Assembly: GCA_038087875.1 (NCBI GenBank) | Contig: CM075988.1 | Location: 23,500,001 to 23,564,000, forward strand | Origin: Malacoraja senta | Taxonomy: Eukaryota | Reading direction: 5' to 3' | DNA length: 64,000 nucleotides | Shown here: in pieces, positions 28,137-41,215 of the stretch | How positions within the stretch are numbered: position 1 is the stretch's first letter | Layout: each line of letters starts with the position of its first letter | Translations under genes and position numbers: made by a program | Notes under the pieces: generated by a model | Databases searched by the model: none | Told to the model about the DNA's origin: nothing | Seen by the model: the letters and a program-made list of their open reading frames with translations, nothing else

Positions 28137-30481
28137 CTCTTGTTACATCTTCAATTGGATGTAATAAGCTTTTAAATGAACCTATTCAGCTGTGAAATGC
28201 AGAGAGGGTTGTCGATGAAGACTAAAGCATCAAAGCTGAGAGCATCGTGTGGAACATGATGAATATTGACTATATAATCCTCAAAAAGGCAGCATGCTGG
28301 CATCCCTATCTCAGCAATGGAGCATCACAGACTATCTCTTACACTACCATGGACTTATTTTTTCTAATTGTGTATTCTTGCACTGATGCCTTCTTTTTTT
28401 AAACCTTTTTCTTTTCACCGTTGCCGATTTGAGAGTCATTTATGTGCAATTTATGTTTTTTGTGTTGTCTAAAATCCCTCTAATGCTGCTGCAAGCAAGA
28501 CCTTCATTATACCTGTACCTCACCATGCTTGTGCATGTGACCTTAAACTCTACTCGACTTACTTACACAATGGGCAGGAAGAAAGAATGCACTAAATAGG
28601 ATTGCTTTTTGCTAGGATGCAGCAGCAAATACTTTTTAAAAAGCAGCAAAGAAAGGCTGTCAGGAAATCCAAGAGTGAATCACTTGGGACAGCAACAGAA
28701 ATTAGAGAAAGCTGCAAGTGTTGAATGATTATATATTTTTTGTACTCAAACCTGAAAAGACAAGATAAAACTTGAGAGGGAAGATGAATTGAGTGGAGGT
28801 GGGAGGAGGGGGTGAAATAATGCAAGAGAATTGAAAAAAAATGAAAACGAAGGCACAAGCAACAGCCAAAATCTTGACAAGAAAAACCTAAGTCACATAG
28901 ATATGGTCACATGAAACAAAACTTGGAAGTGCATGATGAGAAAGGAAATGTGGAGAAATAGGTTCAAATACAAAGATTGATATTGGTCGGTGAATGCAAC
29001 AACAATGTGATCAGTCCCAATACATTTCAGCAGATGCCTGATACCTCAAAAGCAAAATCACAAAGTATTATTTTTCCAGCTTAAGTGTTAAAATTTGCTT
29101 AAATAGAATAAACTAAAGTTTTGATTATTCATTCTGATTAATTCATATTTATCTGTCCAGCATATTAAATAACAAAAACAATTACCCAGCTCATCCACCT
29201 GGCAAATAGGCACAGGTAGTCACTGATATTTCACCCTCAAGGTACCAAATTAGCCCCCGAGCCAGACTTTGTGAACAGGTCTTTCATTGATAACCTTGTA
29301 TCTTGTTCTAATGGTTCTTATTATTCATTCAATGAATATGGATGCCTCTGGCAACAGCAGCATTTACTGTCCATCCCCAATTATAGATAACTACATTGTT
29401 GGTCATTTAAATCAGACTGGGCAAGATTAGTATAATTTCTATCCGAAGTTATCTTTCCTAAAACTATTCTCGGCTTTCAATCCCTGCTTTTCTTTTAAAA
29501 AAATACATGAATTCCCTGCTGCCTATGGTGGGCTTCAAATTATGTCTCTGGACCAATGCTAACTACTGGTTGGTAAATTAATCACTATACTAATGTTACG
29601 GAAATTGATCAGATATGGAGAATGGATGATAATTTCAATTACTTCATCAAAGGTCAATTGACTCCTCAATACTGCAAAATGTTGCCCTGACATCTTCCCC
29701 ACACCCCAAAGAAATACAAACACAATCCAGCAATGGCAGAAAAGATGACCCCACACTCTATTGTTGGATACTTATCACATTTCATAACTGCTCAGTGCTC
29801 AAGGAAAGTTATTATTTCTATCATCAAGTAATGAGAAAAGAAAGTGGAAGTGTTGATATATCATAGCATATTTCAAATATACACAGTAGACTTTCCAACA
29901 CTATAGATCTTCGGTGGAACTACATCTGGAATGATGTTTAGGTCTCTCGTTTACAAGAGGTTATACCTGCCTTAAAGGCAAAAACAAAGAAGATCCATTG
30001 GATTTATTCTTAGTATGAAGGGATTGGCACATGAAGATATCAGGGTTTTACTTACTGAAGCTTAGCAAAATAAGAAGTGTTCACATTGAAATATAATTAA
30101 GGGTCAGAAAGACATATTTGGATTGATAAGTATTAAATAGTTATTGGAATCAAGCAGGAAAATGAAGTTGAGGACAATAATCAGGTCGGTCTTATTAAAT
30201 TGCAGATAGGCCAGAAAGGCTGCACGGTCTTCTGCTTCTCCATTTTCTTCCATACTTATAAATCGATGCATTCAGTAGAACCGCGTCATTTGTTATGATT
30301 CATATCAAATAGAGGGAATGGATGATAGTGCTGATGTAAATTACTCTACCAGAGGGCTTCAGTGCTGTAAAATCCTATGCTGCAACCTCTCCCAAAAAAA
30401 GCCAAACACAATAGGACAGCTTATTTGTTTTCTGAAATTACATTAGAGAACCACTTTAATTTATTTTTCAACACTTTTACA

Positions 30482-30790
30482 TAAGTTTAGAGATACAGCC
30501 TAGAAACAGGCCCTTCAGCCCACCGAATCCACGCTGACCATCAATCGCCCATTTACAGTAGTTCCATGTTATCACACTTTTGCACCCACTCCATACTAGG
30601 GCCAATTTACTTTGACCAATTAACCTACAAACCTGCAAATCTTTGGGATGTGGGAGGAAACCGGAGCACCCAGTGGAAATGCATGCGGCCACAGGGAGAA
30701 CATGCAAACTCCATACAGATAGCACCCGAAGTCAGGATCAAACCAGTCTCTCTGGCACTGCGAGGCAGCTGTTCTACCAGCTGCACCACT
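30482..30790 (-). mobile_element. tRNA-derived V-core SINE, full length
   Basis: Head, V core and GAAGGGCCTGTTTC...TATCTCTAAAC tail on the minus strand. Confidence 0.8.
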
Positions 30791-33700
30791 CTACCTTTTA
30801 TTTTGTTACAAGTCAAATTCTCACAGTACGATCAAGTGATTTGAATTTGTTCCCTGGATTACGAGTTCAGAAACATAACACTACAATATTTTTTTATTTC
30901 CATTGACATTGCTCTTTACCTATTTTGTTACAATTAATGGAAGACATAGTCTGGTGAAAAACTGCAAAGAAAAATTGTAGACAAAAGTGCAAATCCTGTA
31001 GGTAACCCCTATACTCCATATTATTTTACATTGATTTTCAAATTCAGATGTAATCGCAAGTTGACAGCCATTTCAGAAGACTTTGCAATTTTTTGGATAC
31101 ATGAACATTTAATTGAGAAATTCATTCATTCATCATCGTTGAAAACAGTAGCGACGCAGTGGTGCTGGTTTCCTATGGAAACGGTGCCGGACGCACCACA
31201 CATCTCTGTCCTCCAGTTCCTGCAGACTTCCACCGCTAGAAGTAGAGGATTTTGGCGTGTGTGCGCTTTATCAACATTCCTTACAATGCTATGTATGACA
31301 GTGATCGCAACTTCTACTGAAGTGTGGATGACAGTTGGCTCGCTAGAAGCTCATCTGCTCTTTGACGGGTCTTGTTTTTGGTCCTGCTGGGGGTCCACAG
31401 CCCCCTCCTCACCTGGCAAACCAGGTGGGGGAGACGGTTTAGTCGCCGACTATCCGACCAGGTAGCACGGGATTACATGGTGCCCGTGGCGGGGGGGGGG
31501 GGACTCCCCCCAACCCGACCTGATAATTTGGAAATGCGTGTGTTAAAATAAAAAACTCTTTTAAAAAAATAATAATAATAAAATGGGGCATAGCAGCCAT
31601 ATCGCAGACTGGACCAATAGGAATTATTTGACCAATATAGTTAAAAATAAAATGCAAATTTACAAAGATTTTAGGAAAAACTTGGAGATATTAGAGACAC
31701 CATTCTGTTTTATAGCAATTTATAAATCAGTGTGGCCATTAATTGCAGGGAATGGAGGGGAATGTTTAACCCTTACATTACACTATCCTTAATCAGCCCA
31801 TGTCTATCTAAATGCATATCCCTTATCCCTCAGAATCCTCTCTTGTAATTAGCCTACAATAGGAATACAGGCAATTTGGTTATATTATTTTAATTGCAAT
31901 CCTGAGAAACTGTGTAGTAGAAAATGATGTTATAAAGAAAATTGTGTCAATGGGAGAAAAGGAGGTTAGTGGCAAGAAAGTTTCAAACTTGTAGTAACAA
32001 AGTTATTTTTCCCACAGCGTTTTCAAAAACAAAATGTCTTTAAGGGCTGCATGTTACATTGTTTGATAGAGTATCATTGCACAAGTGTCAATGATGCTTA
32101 TCAATTTCAATGACCACGCACAGTTAAAGTTAGCAGTTGATTTTTTTAAAGTGACAACGGCATCCGATTACTGCTGGGAGGTTATATGAAACAAGATTTT
32201 TCTCCCCATGTATTGCATAAACCCAATAATTTTGTTTCTGTTTGTCAACTTCCAAAGTAAGTTTTAAGTATTTCTCTCATCCCCAATTGAAATTGCATTA
32301 TAGAAACATAGTAAAATAGGTGCAGGAGTAGGCCATTCAGTCCTTCGAGGTTGATCATTTAAAATCAGTACCCCGTTCCTGCTTTCCCCCCCATATCCCT
32401 TGATTCTTCTAGCCCTAAGAGCTAAATCTAACTCTCTCGAATTGGCTCAGATAATACAAACAGTATTCCCTCACTCACACTATATCCAATTTGCTTATGA
32501 AAGCTGGCGTTATAGCAGGCTATCTGAAATGAGACATTTCAAGAGAATCAAGATAAATACATGAGAAAGGAATAAAATGCGACAATGGATTTAAATGAAG
32601 AGATGGATGGTCATGTGCATCACAAATGCTAACACAGAATAGGTACAGCAGAGCAACAGCTACATGTATCTATGTCAAGGTGACCTGGCCAATATTTGAC
32701 TAACAAAATCATTAAAAACAAATTCACATAATTGTTTATAGAACCATAGAATTGCACATCACAGAAATGGGCCCTTTAGTACCACTGTGATTCTTATCTA
32801 CAAAGTTCCCCATGCTCACATTAGGCACATATCCCCCCGACACCTTTCCAGGGGGCTTCCGATATGTCACTATTCTTACATTACAAGATATATCTTCTAA
32901 AGTCACGTTATTATTAAGTGGCTGCAGAACATGATACTTCCTGTGGATTAAATGTCACATAACGTAATTTCCTCTTTCAATATCTAGATCTGTCCTCCTT
33001 TTGAGCAATAAATTGCCTGAATTGCAAACATCACTCAAAAACATTCACAATCATGCAGGGAGACTAGAGCTACAAATGACTGCTTCTTCAATTGTAGGAG
33101 CATTGCTTTAAGGTTAAGTCCTGCCTTCACCTGTTCCTCATGTACACGCGCACACACACTTACCACCAAGATCTTTGCATGAAAAGCAGAAGTTAATTTT
33201 TTTTCCAAAGGTTAGTAATGTTCAACTGATCTCCAGCCTATGATGAAATGGTTAAAAGCAAAAAATTCTGGAAATACTTAGTAGGCCGGCCAGCAACTAT
33301 GGCTAAAGAAATTGATGTTGTGTGACATGCCAAGTATTTCTGTTTTAATTTCAGATTTTCAGCAGCTGCAGGTTTTGCTTTTCAGACATTGACTAAGGTT
33401 TAAGATGTCTTCTTTGTCTTTGCAAATCAAACTCATATCAGGCTGCAGAAAATCTTTAAAAACACTCTTATTCAATATATTATACGACCTCTTTTTGAAT
33501 TGTACAATGTTTAGATTTTGGTTTCTAAACATTTTAAAAAGCGAAAATTTATACCTTCATTTGTACATAACTGACATTTCACGAAACTTTAAAAGCTTTA
33601 CTGACAGAATATTGGTAAACAAAATCATACATTCAAAGAAGATAGGCCAGTTTTTCTTCAGTTACTACCGTGACAACGCAATATCAACAACACGCAGGCA

Positions 33701-33929
33701 AACAGATACAAAACAAGTCAATTATCACATCAATAACTTAATACCGTGCTTTAGCCAGTTAAAAAATTCCAAGGAAATTTTAGCTCCTGTTGTTTTAAGC
33801 TGTGTACTACTAAGGTAGAGAATTGTTCATGTCATTATGAGAAATTGTTTGTGAAATTTACTGGTGAGGTATTTCACACCCAAGCAACAAGATAATTGGA
33901 ACACTTAAGTCAGGATGTTGTTCGTCAAC

Positions 33930-34750
33930 TACAGATCATCGTTCAACAATGTCATCCTTCCCAAACTCATCACCAAGACCTCATCAGCAGACCTCAATTA
34001 GTGCGGATCAGTAACAACATCTTCTCCTCACTGACCATCTTCAGAGGTGCGCCTCAAGTCTACTCTCTTTACACCCATGACTATGGCACTAAGCACAGCT
34101 CCATTGCCATCTACAAATTTACTGTGGTTGGCCGAATCACAGGCAATGACGATTCACCGTTCAGGAGACCTGGTAGAATGCTGCCACCACAACCTGTCAT
34201 TTAACATTAACAAGATCAAGGAACTAATTGTTGACTTCAGAAAAGGAATGTTGGAAGGCCACATGCCAGTTTCTATAAATGGGTTTGGAGTGGAGAGAAT
34301 TAGCAACCTCAAACTCCGAGGCAATAACATCTCAGGTGGCCTATCCTCGGCCCAGCATATATATGTAATCTCAAAGAGGGCATGCCAGCACCTCTACTTC
34401 CTTAGACGCTTAAAGAGATTTGGCAGGTCACTGAATACTCCAATACAAATTCGACAGATGTAACGTAGAAAGTATCCTGACTAGTTGGAATTCCCATCAC
34501 AGAAGTTGCAGAGAATGGTGGACTCAGCCCTCTCCACAGGCACAGCTTTCCCCACCAACAAAATCATCCACGAGACACTACCACAAGGCGGCGGCATCTA
34601 TCATCGACAATCCCCACCATCTGGTCCATGCCATCTCCTTGCTGCTATCATCAGTCTGGAGGTAAAGTGTGAAGTCCCACGCCACCAGCTACTTTCCTAT
34701 AACCATCAGGTTCTTGAACCAACCCACACAACTCGAATGTGCAAGAATTG
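33930..34750 (+). mobile_element. Degenerate Rex1/Babar-like LINE RT fragment
   Basis: RPQLVRISNNIFSSLTIFRGAPQ..YSLYTHD, NLSFNINKIKELIVDFRK, QHLYFLRRLKRFG. Confidence 0.7.
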
Positions 34751-34896
34751 ACACTCCAGCTTCTTGTGTCTATCTTCTGCACAACTATAATCCTACCTCA
34801 GTAACTGAAACCCAAGTATAGCAAAGCCATATCTTGCACTATCATAGACTTGTTTTTTGCTAAATGTTTATTTACAAACTTATAAGCTCCTTTTAA

Positions 34897-34928
<32 letters not shown>

Positions 34929-35722
34929 ATTTCACAATCTTCTCTTGCAGATACCTCTCAATTTTTGTGTAAATGACAATAATAATGACACAACTGATAA
35001 AATAATCACAGGCACTGAAATAACTTGTACTTTACACATAACAGACAGTCTCGCTAGATTTTATAAACTAAAAGAGCAAGACTCTCTGCAAGTCCATTAA
35101 ATATTGTGCACTCATTCAAACATTCACATGAGTGACATTAAAACGTCACTATAATAAAATGAGCCTCAGCATGCAACAATGCCTATCTTTCATATCAATT
35201 TAAAACTTCATAAATTCACAATTTTCATGAACTGCATATCTATTTACATGCACTGATGTGAATCACTTATAACGAGTAGAACACATATTGCAATTACATC
35301 TCCCACCTGGCTTACTATGAATTAATGTACCAATCCAGCAAGGATGACAGCCATAAAAACAGAGATTCTGAAATAATGGTGGAAATCCAATGCTGCCTTC
35401 AAACATGTTTTGGCAAATATAATTTGGAATTTATATCAACATTAAAGATTTGAAGAGATCTGCAATATTGTTGTAACATCTGTTAAAAGCACATCATACC
35501 AATTGTTAACTGTGCTCAGAAATTAGTAATTGGCCTGAAGTCTAAAAGCATGCTGATAAGAATGTCATTCAATTCAAGCTGCACACTGACCATCAATTGG
35601 TGTTTCTCCATTGTTCTCTATGGGAAAATTAGTTTTTAAACATAACTGATGTCACCTCCAGGAAATGTCGCCCATTATTAGAGTATTTATGCTAACAAAG
35701 AAACTGCACTTAGGAGTTTACA

Positions 35723-35922
35723 NNNNNNNNNNNNNNNNNNNNNNNNNNNNNNNNNNNNNNNNNNNNNNNNNNNNNNNNNNNNNNNNNNNNNNNNNNNNNN
35801 NNNNNNNNNNNNNNNNNNNNNNNNNNNNNNNNNNNNNNNNNNNNNNNNNNNNNNNNNNNNNNNNNNNNNNNNNNNNNNNNNNNNNNNNNNNNNNNNNNNN
35901 NNNNNNNNNNNNNNNNNNNNNN
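35723..35922. other. Assembly gap (200 N)
   Basis: Run of N. Confidence 1.
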
Positions 35923-36321
35923 ATAAGAAGGGGAAGTTAAAATGCGGAATTGAGGTCATAATCTGATCACATAAGATTTTCTTAAATGGCCAAGTTGGTT
36001 AAAAGGGCCAAGAATTTTACATCTGCTTCTAATTTGTTTGTTTGAAATTAATCTATAAAGCCCTTGCCCTCTTCTCATAGAACATAAACAGTACATCATA
36101 GGAACAGGCCTTCTGGTCCACAATGTTAAGTTAAGTGAAACTCCTCTTTATACGTTCCTTTCAGTGTGGCTCTACAGAATGGTTTACAGAGATGGGATTG
36201 GAAGGCAAATATTGTGAATGCAAAGAATAGGCAAACCACATTATTTGGTTGGTTTCACTTTGATTTGACACAAATTTTCTTTGAAAGGCTTCATTGTACT
36301 AAATTTGGATGTACATTAACT

Positions 36322-36440
36322 CAGGGCTGCCAACTCTCACGCTTTGAGCGTGAGAATCACGCATTTGGCCAAATTCTCACGCTTTCACGCTGATCATAAA
36401 ATTTCTCACGCTCTGTCATGAGAAATTCTGTGATCAACGA
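36322..36440. mobile_element. Left end of a DNA transposon related to 7436-10239
   Basis: CAGGGCTGCCAACTCTCACGC...GAGCGTGAGAATCACGCATTT matches 7436-7480. No right TIR found. Confidence 0.65.
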
Positions 36441-36702
36441 AAATTTCAAAACTTATATAAACTGCATGGGCCGCGGGTGTTGGAGAGCCAGGGCTGAGGG
36501 AGGAATGAAAGCAGAAGCAGCGGCGGGGCTAGCGAGTGTTTGCCAGGCTGGCGAGTGTTTGCGGGGCTGGCGAGTCGCTTGCTGCAGCTCCGGCCATGGA
36601 GCAGCCTCAGTGCAAGTCCCGGGCTGTCGGAGGCGTCGGAGGCGTCGGAAGCGTTGCACCACTGCCGTGAGAGTCTCTGTGCCGAAGGGACAGAGACTCT
36701 CA

Positions 36703-37197
36703 AAGGGAGGGGGAGAGAGAGGGGGAAGGAGACAGGGGGGAGAGAGAGAGGGGGAGAGAATGGGGAGAGAGGAGGGAGATGGGGGAGAGAGAGGGGAGGG
36801 AGAGAGGGGGGAGAGGGAGGGGGAGAGAGAGGAGAGGGGGAGAGTGAGGTGGGAGAGAGGGGGAAGAGAAAGAGGGGGTGGAGAGGGAGGAGAGAGGGTG
36901 GGAGAGAAGGGGAGAGGGAGGGGGAGAGAGAGGGGGAAGAGGGAGAGAGGAGGAAGGGAGGGGGGGAAAGAGAAACGGGAAAGAGAGAGAGAGGGTAGCA
37001 AAGAGAAAGAGGAGATAGAGACAGAGGAGAAAGAGGGGAGAGAGGGTAGAGAGAGCAAGGGGGAGAGTGAGGTGGAAGGGAGAAATGGGGAGAGATGGGG
37101 GGAGAGAGGGAGAGAGAAAGGTGAGAGAGAGGGGAGAGAGTGTGTGGAGAGAGAGCGAGAGGGAGAGAGAGAGAGAGAGGGAGAGAGAGGGGGAGAT
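36703..37197. repeat. G/A-rich low-complexity polypurine tract
   Basis: About 490 bp almost purely G/A on the + strand. Confidence 0.9.
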
Positions 37198-37797
37198 AAA
37201 ACAGTGATAAGAGATGCACCTAATTTATCCCCTAAAGACGTCCGCATAAAGCAAGTAGACTGACATGAAATTGGACATGTTCTTTAGATTAGGTTCATTT
37301 TGAGCGAATTAGAAGAAGTTCTGAACCATAGAATGGGCTGCAGATCAACCAATGATTAAGACAGCTGGTCGAAGTCTGAAATGTTGGAAAGAGAAACATA
37401 ACTTCTGGAAATGGATGGCAAGAGTCCATAGATCTTCAGGTGATGTCGGATCTCCAGGGGATAACGTCTCCAGAGATCCCAATATTCATAGGCTCTTGGA
37501 GAAGAATTAGGCCATTCGGCCCATTTAGTCTACTCCACCATTCAATCATGGCTGATCTATCTTTCCTTCTCAACCCCATTTTCCTGCCATCTCTCTATAA
37601 CCCTTGACACCCGTACTAATCAAGTCTCCAGAGATCTCCATGTTATGTCAAGTCACCAGAGATCTGAAGAATCCAGTCTGAAGAAGGGTCTCAACCCAAA
37701 ACGTCACCCATGCCTACTCTTCCAGAGATGCTGCCTGTCCCGCTGAGTTACGCCAGCGTTTTGTGTCTATCTTCAGACAATCTATTGACACAAAATG

Positions 37798-37933
37798 TTA
37801 AAGAAGGAACTGCAGATGCTGGAAAATCGAAGGTACACAAAAATGCTGGAGAAACTCAGCGGGTGCAGCAGCATCTAGGGAGCGAAGGAAATAGGCAACG
37901 TTTCGGGCCGAAACCCTTCTTCAGACACTTCCT
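37798..37933 (-). mobile_element. Short Penelope terminal-repeat insertion with hammerhead-like motif
   Basis: Reverse complement of the array-unit segment GTCTGAAGAAGGGTTTCGGCCCGAAACGTT...CAGTTCCTTCTTTAA. 15-bp TSD TATTGACACAAAATG (37783-37797, 37934-37948). Confidence 0.85.
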
Positions 37934-38219
37934 TATTGACACAAAATGGTTTTGTGAAACATTCCGGTATACATATCAAATATATTCAATGTTGAATATT
38001 ATTAAGCTAGTATGAAACAAATGCACAAACGCTTTTATTTAGCCTTGACATATTTATTTGATTAGGAAGAGCCCGTTTCGTATTCCTTCCACGCATCGCT
38101 CGCTGTATTCCTTTATTCACCGACTGACTATGGAGGCGACCAACGCCTGAGAGACTGTGCAACATCCGCCAGTCTGAAAGATGGCCATCGGACTGTAGCA
38201 GAGCTTGTGTCAGGCTGCA

Positions 38220-38255
38220 GTATCCAGGCAACCGGCGCTTATGCTGCTTAGCAAC
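38220..38255 (+). promoter_or_regulatory. Two RFX X-box-like motifs in a CpG-rich patch, candidate DRC12 promoter
   Basis: GTATCCAGGCAAC (38220-38232) and GCTGCTTAGCAAC (38243-38255) in non-repetitive, CpG-rich DNA 3.4 kb upstream of the first coding exon, which itself has a splice acceptor. Confidence 0.45.
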
Positions 38256-38745
38256 ATCAAACATTGCTGCCTGGATCCCCTCCCTCCCTTGTCCCATCTG
38301 AATTAGCTACACTGGGCGTGCAGGAAGGAACTGCAGGTGCTGCTTTACACCGACTATAGACACAAACATCTGGAGTAACTCAGCGGGTCAGGCAGCATTT
38401 CTGGAGAAAAGGTACAGGTGACGTTTCGGGTCGAGACCCTTTACTCAACCTGAGAATCAGTAAAGAGGATATATGGAAGAATAAGGTGTGAAAACGGCAG
38501 ACCAGTTGCTGGTTGAGGTCGGTGTGGAGTCACATCAATACCACTGGCTGGCTTGGTGTGAATATTTATTTTAGAACTGCAAACATTTCCAAAGTTAAAA
38601 GTTTTCTACAACTTCCAAAGATGTGGTTCCGATTTTTTTTTTTTGAGATTCAATATTTTAATTCAATTACTTTTTCGCTTGTTTTTTTATGTTTTTTTCA
38701 AATATCTGAATAAAAATGTCTGTAGATAGTGAAAGCAGATTGACA

Positions 38746-39020
38746 GGTGGCACAGTGGTGCAGCGGTAGAGTTGCTGCCTTACAGCACCAGAGACCCGGG
38801 TTCGATCCTGACTACGGGTGCTGTCTGTACGGAGTTTGTACGTTCTCCCTGTGACCGCGTGGGTTTTCTCTGGGTGCTCCGGTTTCCTCCCACTCTCCAA
38901 GGACGTTCAGGTTTTCAGGTTAATTGGCTTCTGGAAATTGTCCCTTGCGTGCAGGACAGAACTAGAGGTCGGTGCGGACTCAGTGGGCTGAAGGGCCTGT
39001 TTCCACACAGTATCTCTAAA
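38746..39020 (+). mobile_element. tRNA-derived V-core SINE (HE1-like), full length
   Basis: GTGGTGCAGCGGTAGAG (A box), GGGTTCGATCC (B box), GGAGTTTGTACGTTCTCCC core, CR1-like tail. Confidence 0.85.
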
Positions 39021-39394
39021 GCCTAAAGATTGCAAATATATGTTATCGTAATTTCTTTGGTTCTTTGTCCTGTTATGATGGTTGTGTTTTAGTTGCATCT
39101 GTTCATCCCGATGGCGTTTATTCTATTTGGGTAGAAACGCAGTATCCCGCCATCCAACTAAACACTGTACCTTGCCAGGGCTGATCACTGATATGTGGAA
39201 AGGAACTGCAGACGCTGGTTTAAACAAAAGATAGACACAAAGTGCTGGAGTAACTCAGTGGGTCAGGCAGCATCTCTTGAGAGAAAGGATGGGTGACGCG
39301 TCGGGTCGAGACTCTTCTTCAGACTGAAAGTGGAGGTAGGAAAAGGACAGAACAAATCAGGACCAGCAACAGATGGCCAAGGAAGGGTGGAGCC

Positions 39395-40102
39395 CAAAGA
39401 TCCTATAGCGAGCAAGATAGATCACTCGACGAAAAAGACGTAGTACGGTCATGGGCAGATTCATGGGTAATTTTAGGCCCCATTTCCATAATCGGCTTCC
39501 GTCTCCGCTCCAAAGATCCCGTAGCAGAGCAAAGATAACTAGTGCGGAGACGGAAGCCGGTTACGGAAACATCCTCGTAAAAATAAAAGTTATTTGGTAA
39601 AAATCTTCTCCTCATTTTCTGAATTTTAATTTATTAAGGCAAACTGTTCCCCCGCAACGTTGATTACACTGCGAGTCGGGTCGGGTTGGGTCGGGTTACG
39701 GAAATGGATGAAAAAATGGCCCAACTCCAGAACAAGGGGTCACAGTTTAAGGATAAAGGGGAAATCTTTTAGGACTGAGATGAGAAAAACATTTTTTACA
39801 CAAAGAGTGGTGAATCTCTGGAATTCTCTGCCACAGAATGTAGTTGGGGCCAGTTCATTGGCTATATTTAAGAGGGAGTTAGATGTGGCCCTTGTGGCTA
39901 AAGGGATCAGGGGGTATGGAGAGAAAGCAGGTACAGGATACTGAGTTGGATGATCAGCCATGATCATATTGAATGGCGGTGCAGGCTCGAAGGGCCGAAT
40001 GGCCTACTCCTGCACCTATTTTCTATGTTTCCGTTGCGTACTACACGTCAGCCCATTGCATTTAGCAGGAGTGGTCTATCTTGCTCCGCTATAGGATCTT
40101 TG
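39395..40102. mobile_element. MITE with ~33-bp TIRs and 8-bp TSD, interrupted by a CR1 3' end
   Basis: CAAAGATCCTATAGCGAGCAAGATAGATCACTC ... GAGTGGTCTATCTTGCTCCGCTATAGGATCTTTG. Flanks GTGGAGCC and GTGGGGCC (1 mismatch). Confidence 0.75.
39727..40030 (+). mobile_element. CR1 (HER1-like) 3' fragment
   Basis: RTRGHSLRIKGKSFRTEMRKTFFTQRVVNLWNSLP...KGIRGYGEKAGTGY* plus TTCTATGT tail. Confidence 0.85.
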
Positions 40103-40736
40103 GTGGGGCCCATAATGGCCCATTGTTAGCTGGGGGAGAGGTGATAACGAAGGGGTGTGAACAGTGGAACTAATAGGATGACTATAATGGGAGGTGGGGT
40201 GGGGGGGGAGGGGAAGGGGGGAGGGAATGCAGGGGTTACTTGAAATTAGAGAAATCAACATTCATACCTTCACACCACTGCCTTGATGGTTTATTGGCAA
40301 GTGTAATCATTCATAGAACCAGAGCGATCAAGGGTGGCAGCTTCCCTTCCGAGAAATACAGTGAATTGTTGATCTTTTAATGCCTTTGGTAGTTTCACGG
40401 ACAGAGAACAATGTAACAATTTGACAGTTTCACGGTTACAATTGAATTAATTGAAAGTAAATTCCGCAACTTTGTAGTGAGGTTTAAACTAACATTTCCA
40501 AATCAATTGTCCATTCCCCTAGATACCAGTGCAGTAACTAACCACCACACTACAGTATTTTCTTTGCCATGTTATTAATCAGCAGGGTGCAGGTCATCAA
40601 CAGAAGGCAGAAGTTTCTAAAACAAGATGTAAAAAAAAAGTCATACACTTATGTATCAATTTACACTATCTCAGGAGTTCTGCTTTTGAATAATGTAACC
40701 ACCTCTCCTTAAAGAGTTCTTTTACCTATATTTTTA

Positions 40737-41215
40737 CAAGGATGTTGCCAGGACTTTTATGAGGATGTTGTCAGGAATAGAGGGTCTGAGCTATAGGGAG
40801 AGGTTGAACAGGCTGGGACTGTACTCCTTGGAGCACAGGAGGATGAGGGGTGATCTTATAGAGGCGTATAAAATCATGAGAGGAATAGATCGGGTAGATG
40901 CAGAGTCTCTTGCCCAGAGTAGGGGAATTGAGGATCAGATGACATTGGTTTAAGGTGAAGGGGAAAAGATTTAATAGGAATCTGAGGGGTAACCTGTTCA
41001 CACAAAGGGTGGTGGGTGTATGGAACAAGCTGCCAGGGCAGGTAGTTGAGGCTGGGACTATCCCAACATTTCAGAAACAGTTAGACAAGTACATGGATAG
41101 GACAGGTTTGGAGGGATATGGGCAGGTGGGACTAGTGTAGCTGGGACATGTTGGCCGGTGTGGGCAAGTTGGGCCAAAGGGCCTGTTTTCACACTGTATC
41201 ACTCTATGACTCTAT
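40737..41215 (+). mobile_element. CR1 LINE 3' fragment
   Basis: LSYRERLNRLGLYSLEHRRMRGDLIEAYKIMRG, FTQRVVGVWNKLP, (ACTCTATG)n tail. Confidence 0.8.

Noticed and set aside
33405..33818. 137-aa ORF
   Set aside because: AT-rich intronic sequence with no homology or exon signals that I can support.
36418..37263. Long ORFs of 152-281 aa on both strands
   Set aside because: They arise from the stop-poor G/A low-complexity tract and show no domain or splice structure.
38746..38815. tRNA gene
   Set aside because: The A/B boxes belong to a SINE head and continue into the V core and LINE-like tail. No full cloverleaf is evident.
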